Assembly: GCA_011109175.1 (NCBI GenBank)
Contig: RDEW01000019.1
Span: forward strand, 370,028-434,027
Origin: Dicyema japonicum
Taxonomy: Eukaryota > Animalia > Dicyemida
Length of the DNA: 64,000 nt
Direction: 5' to 3'
A program made the translations under genes and the position numbers. The notes under the pieces are model-generated. The model saw nothing but the letters and a program-made list of their open reading frames with translations. It was not told where the DNA came from and did not search any database. Shown piece after piece: positions 49,185 to 59,087 of this stretch; the first letter of the stretch is position 1, and each line of letters starts with the position of its first letter.

Positions 49185-49335
49185 GTCTAATTGTGCCTGC
49201 AACATCAGCAATTTGAGAAAGTTCGGAATTTCTTGTTCTGTCTGTGGAGGCTATTTTCACCTCGGATGTTTGAAGCTCTCTAGACTCCATCCGCGCCTTT
49301 GGGATAAGGCACTGCCGCTCGTGCCTTGGAGTTGG
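49185..49335 (+). other. PHD-finger coding segment, probably a retroelement 5' end
   Basis: CAC...SCSVCGGYFHLGCLKLS then, after a 1-nt shift, HCRSC: C4-H-C3 pattern. Confidence 0.6.
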
Positions 49336-49399
49336 CTGGGGTTTCCTAATGGTCACGCGAGTACATACACCTCGGGAGAAGACCTTTCCGAATTGGATC

Positions 49400-51520
49400 C
49401 AGATTCGCTACTCAAACTGCACGTCCCAGAAAAAACACAGATGATAGCGGGAGAAGAATTAGTTAATAATCCTGTACTCCTCACGAGATACCACAGAATG
49501 GACCAGCATCTATCCAATATTTCTATGGATGGCCTACCCACATTGTGTGGAAAAGAATCTCTAAAACCATAATGACGGCTGCCGAAGAAACAGTGGGATT
49601 CGCGAAAATACTATGATGGAAGATATAAAGGAGCATATAACTCGACAGTCAATGAATTGTCTATCCGTCAACGAGATATAAGACATAAGACATTAAAGAC
49701 ATTAAATTGAACAAAAATTTGAATTAAAAAAATTGCGGAGTACAATCCAACACGAAATTCAATAAAATGTGCTCCGATCATAGTCGGATTTTTGGACCAA
49801 CCAATATTGGAAGTGGAAAGATTACAATCTGGTGCAAAAATGTTTATGGATGTGAGTTTACTCAAGCGCGGGTCCGCTAAAACCAATTTAAAATTCAAGA
49901 TGAGTTCGGTCACTTTGTATTGGACGCCAACCGTTCTGCTGGACTTATAGCCCAACACTTTAGCAAGGAGTTCAATCAAGAGGATACTTTACCCCTCAAG
50001 CAATTCGAAGGACAGCCTCGCTCACTTAATAATGTGTTTACGGATTCCGAGATTCGCGAGCACTCCTTCGCCTGAATAACAACAGAGCAGCTGGCTATGA
50101 GAATATTTGTCGAGAGTTGTTAAAATACGCACGAACGTAACTAGCAGAAAAGATAACTTTTATATTCAACGAGATATTCAGGACTCATTGTTCAATTGAC
50201 ATCGCGATGGGAGTTCTACTTCTTTTACAAAAACCTGGCAGGTCTTCAGGTCCAATTGAAAATCATGCGATCGTGCTTTTGACCACTTTGCAAAAAACAC
50301 TGTAGCTTACAACATTGAATCGAATATCAAATTCAGTTGACCAATACTTGTCACCAAGTCAAAGCGGATTCAGACCAGAAAAATCAAATGCTGATATAGT
50401 ATGGAGTCATCGGTGGCTTACGGGAATATGTTTGAGTTACAGAAAAATAATGTATATTCTGGGAGTCGACTTATCGAAAGCATTCGACTGTGTCTGCCGA
50501 GATAAACTATTGCAAGTTTTCAAAGACATAATTGATGAGGACTGTTCCAGGATTGTGCGTTTTTTGCTGGCTGACACGAGCCTCATGGTGAAAGTGGGGA
50601 AGGGCTATTCAGAAAAATTCACGACCGTGATTGGTACTCCGCAAGGGGACTCGCTTTCGCCTTTTCTCTTTGCAATCTATTTGGAATCTGCTTTGAGAGA
50701 CGTTAGAAAAGAATTGGGTCACTTAAATAATCATTTTATGGAATTAATCGATGCTGACGACATCGATTTTGTAATCTGATGATGTGAAGGTACTAAGAAC
50801 TGTAGTAAATAAAGCCACAACAGTTCTGGAGAAGTTGTCTTTGAAGATCAATTCAGAAAAAAACGGAGTTAACTTCGGTCAGCGGTTACCGACACGGATT
50901 GATGAGAAATGGAGGTTTACTAAAAGGCTCGGTCGTTTTTGGGTGATGCTGGGTACATTGTTCGCAGAAAGATGTTGGCATCGTGTGCATTGAAAAAGAT
51001 GTGGAGTATTTGGACTCGCAGAAAACTAATTTCCTTAAGTCTTGCGATGCGCTTATATAACGCTTTCATACAACCAGTCCTATTATATAACTCGGAAACA
51101 TGGGGAACATCAAAAACGAACCTTAACAGATTCTCTACAAATTATGTAAATGCAAACTGATAAGCAGAGAAGTAATTACCTCACGCTGGCGACTTTTCGG
51201 ACATGATCTGAGAATGGACGAAGTGATTCCTTGCAATCATGGAAGATTACTATTCAAATCACGGAAATGGCCAAGATGTACTCTTCCCTCTTGCCTGAAT
51301 ACCGATTACGCACTAATTGGCGGTCAACTCAAAACTGGAGACGATCTTGAAGATATTCGTAAACGCACGAGGAACAGAGCTAGATGAAGAGGGCTGACTG
51401 GGAGGATAGTCGAGTGTACGGCACGAGCGAAACCCTAGGCATTTTACGTGCTTATGACAACGCGGCATTTTCCCCTACCCGTTAGAGGGAAAATTCAGGA
51501 ACGTGCGTACACACGACCTC
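49400..51520 (+). mobile_element. RTE-like LINE (linker, RT, C-terminus), interrupted at about 49680-50200
   Basis: ISKTIMTAAEETVG; SQSGFRP; LGVDLSKAFD; GTPQGDSLSPFLF; ADDIDF; LYNAFIQPVLLYNSETWG; RWRLFGH. Confidence 0.9.
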
Positions 51521-51859
51521 ATATCTGTAAAGGAGCTAATTCCGGAACATGCTAGCATAAGACGATAATGTTAAATTCCTTTTTATTCCTCTTAAAATTT
51601 TAATTAAAATTAAATAAACGCTTTTCTATACTTCCGAGCTGCTGGTACATTCAGGTCTTGTCCCTCCAGCATGGATTTTATGTTGTTGTACTCTTCAGTA
51701 GATTTTATGGCAACTTTATTAGGCATCAGGACAACGTGATTAGTGGGTTAGTTTTTTTGATTTTATTGTCAAAAATTATGTTATGCCAACAAAAATTGAT
51801 GTAAATTTTTTATAATAATAATTACCTAAAATTATCCAAAACTCTTCCCTACGCTACCC

Positions 51860-54288
51860 TTCTGAACATGTTCCACTAGACCATCAGGAAATACTTGAAT
51901 TGATCTCCAACCTTACACACACACGAAGACTCCTGATTAGGATCCCCAAAGCTGCCCGTATATCTGTCGCGGACTGCCTATGTGAGTGTATTGAAAGGGC
52001 AGTTTCTTCGGACGACTCTGATGATTGGGTACGATTATTTTGATTTGCTCCATTCACATTATGCATACCCCATAGGAGGGGGAAAGAGAGAAATCACTTG
52101 CGTCATTAGTAAAGGAAATGTCTACACATTCTTCTCAAAGAACCTATTGGCAGACTCAGAATAGCTCACCTACAAATTTCAAAACCATGAGAAGCCAACA
52201 TCGACTATCTCGGACACTCAGAGATTAAGAAGCGCGATCCGTCGAAAACTTTCGGAAGGTGGTATCCGTGCTGCGGTGAGGATCCTTGCAGATCAACAAT
52301 GTATAATTGAGCCGTCCGAACAGTCCTACGCATCACTTGTTGAGCGACACCCAAGTCTTCCCAACGACCACCGGGTTCCCCTTGCCCAGGACAATTACCC
52401 AATCTGCTTGTCTCTGAAGAGGACGTAAAAGATGGATCCTCTCTTTCGTCCCGAGTAGCAGTGGAGGACTAGATGGGCTCCGTCCGGGTCACATCAAAGA
52501 TCTCATTGCTCATAACACGGGCAACTCTGGGGTCCGGCTCGTGTTGGCTATCACCAAACTAATGAACAGGATGCTATCAGGGACACTACCAGAAACAATT
52601 CGACACGTAATGTTTCCGCAAAGTTAATCGCATTCGACAAGAAGGGAGGTGGAATACGCCCTATTGCAGTCGGAATGGTCTTCCGTCGGTTGGCATCAAA
52701 GCTTGTATGCAGAGCAATCCTACCTACGCTGATAACACAGCTGCAACCAACCCAAATAGGGGTCGGCACACCGGGGGGTTGTGAAGCGGCAGTTCATGCT
52801 GTCCGAACATTCACCGAAAAGAACGTGAACATTCCTCACGTAATCGTCAAAATTGACATTAAAAATGCCTTCAACTCGATACGACGTGATACAATTCTGG
52901 AGGATTGCTTCACATACTACCCATCAGTGTACAGCTATATTCATAGTTCGTACGGAAAACCATCCAGTCTGGTACATGGCCAATATTACATTCCATCGTC
53001 TTCTGGAGTCCAACAAGGAGACCCACTGGGGCCCGCCTTGTTCAGCCTGGGAATTGCCCGTATCACAGGATACTGCTCCACTCCTCTGAGAGTATGGTAT
53101 TTGGATGATTGCACCATGGGCGGCCATCCGAAGGATGTACTAGATTGTTTGAAAAGTCTGATAGTACAATTTGAATCCCCATGCCTAACTCTAAACACCA
53201 ATAAGTGTGAAGTAACCAATTTTGGATTTCCACAGTCTGAATGGGATCTGATCCTTGGTATGTTTAGAGAGATCATTCAGAAAGCCACAGAAACCAAATC
53301 AGAACAACTGGAAATACTTGGATGCCCTCTTACTGATGCTGGAATCAGTAACACTCTAAGAACAAAAGAACATCAACTAAAAACAACATTCAGACGTCTG
53401 GAGATGCTGGACGCACAGACCTCCCTATTCCTCCTGAGAAACGCCTTATCAGCACAGAAACTGAACTACGTTCTTCGGGGGGCACCGTGCTACTTGAAAA
53501 TGCAACATCTCGATGCTATCGATTCTCTCTTCCTGAGTACTATTGAACGTATCACAAATGTGAAATTTGACGAACAAGGGTGGGACCAAGTGACCCTACC
53601 CGTTAGCCTGGGCGGACTGGGAATCCCTTCAACGAAAGATCGGGCTTGCCCTGCTTATCTATCCTCTTTGGGCTCTAGCCGACTGCTGGTCAGGAAGATT
53701 CTCCAACTCCAAACAGAATCAGCTGAAATCACAGAGATGGAGGATTTGAAGAGGATGATGCCTGAGCAGAAAGATCGTTACAGGACCATCTGTGAGGATA
53801 AATATGAGAGGCTTCTGAACCAATCAAACCAACACAGACGTGCCTGTCTAGTCACTGGAAGATGCGAATCGAGTGGCGCATTGATCAATGCACTCCCAGT
53901 TGGCAGTGTCGGGACCCACCTTGATGACGATACTGTCCGCATCGGCATCTCCACCAGACTTGGACTGGAGATTTGCCGGACTCACAAATGCCGATGTGGC
54001 GCAACCGTCGATTGTTATGGACTCCAAGCCCTCTCTTGTCGAAGGAGTGCAGGACGATTCCCAAGACACAAGGCGATCAACGGAATTGTCAAGCGAGCTC
54101 TGAATTCTGCGGGATACCCAGCCATACTAGAACCAGTTGGTCTGGACAGAGGAGACGGAAAACGTCCCGACGAGATCACAATTTTCCAATTCGAAGAGGG
54201 GAAACCATTGGTCTGGGACGCTACTTGTGTCGACACGCTTTGCCCGTCCAACATTGTCAGGAGCGCGGTAGACACACTGCTGAAATAA
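51860..54288 (+). mobile_element. CRE-like element, best-preserved copy; 5' frameshifts, RLE truncated
   Basis: RIPKAAR, RKLSEGGIRAAVRIL, SSGGLDGLRPGHIKDL, then the 537-aa ORF; same subfamily as 21040-23225. Confidence 0.93.
52675..54288 (+). CDS. CRE-clade reverse transcriptase with CCHC knuckle and partial RLE (537 aa)
   Basis: QIGVG...GCEAAVHA, KIDIKNAFN, GVQQGDPLGPALF, WYLDD, QVTLPVSLGGLG, HKCRCG...HxxINxIV, DGKRPD, WDATC; stops before the KxxKY part of RLE. Confidence 0.9.
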   Translation: MVFRRLASKLVCRAILPTLITQLQPTQIGVGTPGGCEAAVHAVRTFTEKNVNIPHVIVKIDIKNAFNSIRRDTILEDCFTYYPSVYSYIHSSYGKPSSLVHGQYYIPSSSGVQQGDPLGPALFSLGIARITGYCSTPLRVWYLDDCTMGGHPKDVLDCLKSLIVQFESPCLTLNTNKCEVTNFGFPQSEWDLILGMFREIIQKATETKSEQLEILGCPLTDAGISNTLRTKEHQLKTTFRRLEMLDAQTSLFLLRNALSAQKLNYVLRGAPCYLKMQHLDAIDSLFLSTIERITNVKFDEQGWDQVTLPVSLGGLGIPSTKDRACPAYLSSLGSSRLLVRKILQLQTESAEITEMEDLKRMMPEQKDRYRTICEDKYERLLNQSNQHRRACLVTGRCESSGALINALPVGSVGTHLDDDTVRIGISTRLGLEICRTHKCRCGATVDCYGLQALSCRRSAGRFPRHKAINGIVKRALNSAGYPAILEPVGLDRGDGKRPDEITIFQFEEGKPLVWDATCVDTLCPSNIVRSAVDTLLK

Positions 54289-54419
54289 TACATTTTTATA
54301 GCTAAAAACATTTATATAAGGATTTAGGACGCGTACTGCCATGTGGTGTCAAAATTTCTATTTTTTCTCTCTGTGAAGGTTGAAACTGGAAAAGTACGCG
54401 GTCCTACTAAATTTTTTGT

Positions 54420-54545
54420 TTTTCAGCGCTCACGGAGAACTCATGATCGTGTAAAATCAGATTCCCTAGACGACTCAAGAATTCCAACTTCGCAAAGACA
54501 AGGGAACCAGACGTCTCAACGGCGAGTGGAACAATCAAAAAAAAG
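54420..54545 (-). mobile_element. CRE-like 3' fragment, same subfamily as 15441
   Basis: Nucleotide match to 15510-15630 (gattccctagacgactcaa; aagggaaccagacgtctcaac). Confidence 0.75.
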
Positions 54546-56339
54546 TTGACTTAAAAATTATAAGTTAATTTAAATTTTATTTGTTAAATCAGAAATTAGA
54601 TAATATTTTTCATTATTGGGTAGGAAATTTCTATCGTTAAAATTTTGTGACCTCTCCACTTTACAGGATGTTGCTAGTTATTCAAATACAATAATCAAAC
54701 TGAGAAATTACTATTTTAGTAATTTTTGAAAAAAAACATTATTACAAACAAGGCAATCAAAAGTAATTTTTGGATATTAATTAACAATTGAAAGAAATTC
54801 TTAGAATCGGAAATTTTCGACGTTACGACAACAATAAACGACAATTATTTTCACGTTTCATTAAAAAAAATATTCCAAAGACCAAGGGTAACCAAACTAA
54901 CTAACCCCTTGATCATGACTCGTTCCAGAACTTGTCTCCAGATAACGACATTGTGAGAGAGAGGCATTGTTTCCTAATAAAGACCACAGACGTTAGATGT
55001 TTCCCTCGATTGCAGGAACTGATATGTTTTTTTACCTTATTTCTGTCAATCTCAGTCATCCAAGATATAAATAAATAAACAAGTCTAAAAATGCTGTCAA
55101 AAAACCATATCTTTCAAGAAAAACCCATCTCTTCAAGATTCAAGTTTATATAAAATTTCGATGTAGCACAGAAGGAGATTTTTGCCAGTTCTTTATCACT
55201 ATCTAATATCTACTTTTTGTATTATTTTCGTTTTTTATGCGATATAAATCTTGGGAGATATTTATTTTTGTTAGTTAATTTTATTTTAGCTTCCTGCGCT
55301 GTCAATTTGTTTATAGATCTTGATTACTGGTATCAAGGATCAACCAATTTAAATTAATCATAAAATATGAGTATCGATCTTTTTCCTAACTTGGCTACTT
55401 GTGAAGTTGTCAAAGTTGAACATTAAATCCAAAAGTCAGAATTAAACTATTTAAAATTGATTGGCTGTATTAATTTATTCATATTCGTTTTGAGCCATTC
55501 CTTAGATCTCTAACTGCAATCTCTTGGTCACTATCACCAATCTGATCTTCACTCCAGCATAGTTGTTCTATGGGCACAATTCCGTCATCCTCAACTTGTT
55601 GTAGAGACTTTCGTTGTAGGAAATGAATGACCTCACTAACATCTCTCTTGAAAGTTCATCCATGTCGATGCTCCACTTTGATTTGGGAGTGTACTTTTGT
55701 CGTAAAAAGAGTCGACTGATACGATGAAACGACCATCTTTCTGTTCTTGTGCGAATCGGCATAGAAGGGTATCCGGCAGCAACTGATTTCAATAGTTAGC
55801 GTTATCACCTAATTAGTTTGTTACTAGCACCTTTCTGACTGATTCCGGCATAGAAGGGTGTCCGGCAGCAACTGATTCCGAATAGAAGAGACGACATACA
55901 GACTCTTAGCAGAAACTAGACATTCCTGTTGTCCTTCCTCTCCTCGTATAGTGAACATCAGATTTTTAAGATCTCATAATTTTTTCTGGTTATTGGATTT
56001 GTGATTTTACTTTTGTCGTGAAAAATATGAATTTAAAAGTATACGACAAATAAATTAATTAATATTCGCACTTTCCGAGGAGCCATATCAGATCGCTCCC
56101 CACAGACAGAACATACACTTTATTTTAAGCAAAGAACAGATATAATAGCTAATTGAGAAGGATCAATGAATACTCTTCACTTCTTTGTTTTCTTATTCTT
56201 GGGTGTATGTACTTTATAGACTATCCAGTTCAGCAGTGAATGTCGACTGATGACGGGGTCACTCGTCAAGCACTTTTAGCATCGTAGATGCGTGGAACCT
56301 TCCACCAGGTGAACATCATTGAGAATCGAATCCGTAACT

Positions 56340-58100
56340 GAGTCCATCCAGAAAGTACTTCAGGTAAATCATGTTCTGGTTAAAATTTATCGAAATTTCT
56401 TGTATCAGTGAAGATTTAATCTAAAACTCACATGAATCATTACAATGGGAGTAAACTTTTCTTAAATTTTAAAGAAAACAGCTTAGGCATCAAATCCCTG
56501 AAACATCTGAAATATAAAAGAGAATATACGGATGTGTTTTAATCTTGTCAATATTATTTTTAGTAAATCCAAGAAGTTCAAAAGGTGAGGTTTACATACT
56601 GAAGACATGAAACTACGAACTCGTTAGCCACAAATCGAGGATAGTCAATGGGGCGACTCCTTTAAAGATCTTAATTCTGTTTGTATATTAATAATGGATC
56701 TTTATCAACAAATGGGAGACTCTAGTGAGTAAATAAGATTACCTTTCACTTAGTAACTCAAATATAAGTACCCCAAAATCCTATAATCTACAGCATTCAT
56801 GTACTTTGTTGAGGATTATTTCAGTAGTTATATATTCATGAGTACCATAGATTGTTTATGTTTAAAGCCTTTAAAAAGTCTCTTAGCAAATCCAAAGTCA
56901 TCCTAAAATAAGAGGAAATTAACCATTTTAATGTATCCCAGTGAGTCAATCATTAGGTTTTCAACTTCATGTATCTGTAGACGATACCATTAGTGTGCAG
57001 GTACCCAATGGTCATTATAACACTTCCCAAAAAAATCTGGTTGTCTCCTCTGAGAAATGCTTCCAAATTAAGTAAAAGAGTGACTTGTTTCGTAATATAA
57101 CCATGGTTGTCCTCCCAAAGTGACCTCTACTAGTAAATAGACATATCTCAATCTCAGAATGTAGTTAATAATCTAAATGTAATGTAATAATAAATCACTT
57201 TATTTTTTTAATTTAAAATTAATTTTTTGGTTCAATAAATTTAAAATTATTATATGGGGATTATTACATAGCAATATTATGTCCTTTTCCTGTATAATAT
57301 GCAGATCTTGGTGTAGTTTACTATATGACACTTTGATACAAATTTCGATGTCCTAGCTTGAACTTTTCCTTTATTATTATTAGTTCTATACGACTGAAAT
57401 CCTCCTAATCCTAGAGTTTTAATATTTTCATGTCCTTTAGTCCACTCCAGCCAAACTGGTAAGATTCAATATTACTAAAGTAACGCCTGTCTCCGAAAAA
57501 GTACCTTTATTCAATTCCCTTATTGACTTTATTTGAGGATTCACCTCTTACAAACTTTCACCTAATAGTCACTTATTAATCCACCTTTCCACAGACCACT
57601 ATGAAAAATGTGCCCCAATCTCCCATGTCTAACAATTACGCCTCCTTGTTTGTATGATTCCTACACTAAAATGACCATTGATCTGTTCCAGCACCAGAAA
57701 TCATCGAGTTTCTCTTTTTGACACCCTTGAAAAAAGGACACTGACATATAATAAAAAATACCTCGACAGGAATTATAGCCGTGCAGAGGTTATGTTCTAC
57801 TGTCCACTAATCATTTTGCTTTTGAAGACATTGATTCGTTACAAAGTCGAGTCCTCAATGCCTAACAATCTCATAAAACACTAACATTTGACTGTGGAAG
57901 TCATCGCACAGCTATATAGAATGGCCAGTTCATCGATCACACTTCCACTTCAAAAAACACAAGTCGTGTGCCCGATGAGTCCAAGATTTCCAAAGTTTCA
58001 CCTATTCAATTAATAAACTCAGTACCTTTTATTATGAAAAACTCAATGTCTGACTATCCCTCGCGAATTAACTCTAACGTCTTTAAAGAAGTGTTGCGAA
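56340..58100 (-). pseudogene. PRKG1: cGMP-dependent protein kinase (PKG), full domain set but heavily damaged
   Basis: cNMP-A ELAILYSCAMTSTVK; cNMP-B ESYKQGGVIVRHG...LNKGTF; kinase KTLGLGGF, YLHTNGIVYR, IK(M)/DDFGFAKR, GTHEYI, SPFVDKDP; tail DTRNFDKF...SGW; introns 58002-58025, 57741-57761, 56903-56923, 56722-56742, 56507-56529. Confidence 0.88.
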
Positions 58101-58359
58101 TACATAAGGGAATATCAGCGAGATAAAGCAACTTGGCCAGCATGAAGAACACGCTGCAACAAATTTACTATGCAAATATTTATCAAATTTTAATAAATAT
58201 AATTTTATTTATTTTTAAATTTAAATTAATGGTGATTCTTCTAGGGACTCAGTTGAGAAACACTGCCGTAGAGCCAAGGGAGGTTTTTTGCTTGGGACTG
58301 AACATGCACGGACACTTATTACAAAATAGATTTAAAAAGATGTTAAAAATCCACGTATA

Positions 58360-58510
58360 ACCTAAAGAGAAGTTTAGCGTGCTTGAACCCGGTATCAAAG
58401 TTTATCTGGCTGATCAGGCGGCTTATATGAGTGAGCAAGGGAGAGCCTAAATTGACAAGATGTCTACAGAAGATTTGGCTCGCGATCATGAGGGGTAACT
58501 CCATTAGGAA
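58360..58510 (+). mobile_element. CRE-like extreme 3' fragment
   Basis: SKGEPKLTRCLQKIWLAIMRGNSH*. Confidence 0.6.
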
Positions 58511-59087
58511 CTAAATGCCTGAAAGGTCATAATGGAGATGTCTAATAATTGAATGAGACACAGCAGATTCCTTAATGCCACCTAAGATGATGATAAAAAT
58601 CACAAAAACCTAAAATGTAAAACGGCAGTTTCCTTGGTCCATTTTTATATGGAGTGCTTTCAACTATAATGTAGCTAAGAAATACTCCAAAGTATGAGCC
58701 CGATCAATATCAGACAGAAAACCTGACGATGCCAATTTATTATTTTATTTGTTCTCTGATGGAGTCAAATTTTTGAATAAACAAATACAGAGAAGACAGA
58801 ATTCCCTTCCTATTTGGTTTTCATACAGTATTTAGCCTGAACGACTGCCATAAGGATCTAGCGAACCCAACTGCAAGCTGGACCCTTTTTAAACTGATGG
58901 AAGAATGACAAAAATCAACTTAATTTTATGGTCATTATAAGACTCATGAATTTTTGTCCGTATATATAAAACAGGAAGACCGATTATTTGAATGAGGCTG
59001 CATCCTGAAGCTGAAAGCTATCAAAACAGCACCCCTCTCCACATTTGACCTGATTTAATACATTATGAGAATTTAATGGATCAACAG

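Noticed and set aside
51466-51494. Hairpin ttttcccct...agagggaaaa as a rho-independent terminator
   Set aside because: Eukaryotic DNA; it lies in the RTE 3' UTR and is at most an RT-recognition stem.
53848-54342. Several overlapping short ORFs (also around 15448-16144, 22866-23204, 24834-25274, 60414-61302)
   Set aside because: Antisense or off-frame shadows of GC-richer TE coding sequence.
55757-55877. 32-bp near-identical repeat pair with a 57-bp spacer
   Set aside because: Two units plus a partial third, no leader or cas genes; a local duplication.
44911-58100. Stop-codon reassignment as the explanation for in-frame stops in host genes
   Set aside because: TAA, TAG and TGA all occur, mixed with frameshifts and deletions; at least one apparent stop (WASHC2 RVED*) resolves as a 1-nt insertion; real ORF ends use standard stops.
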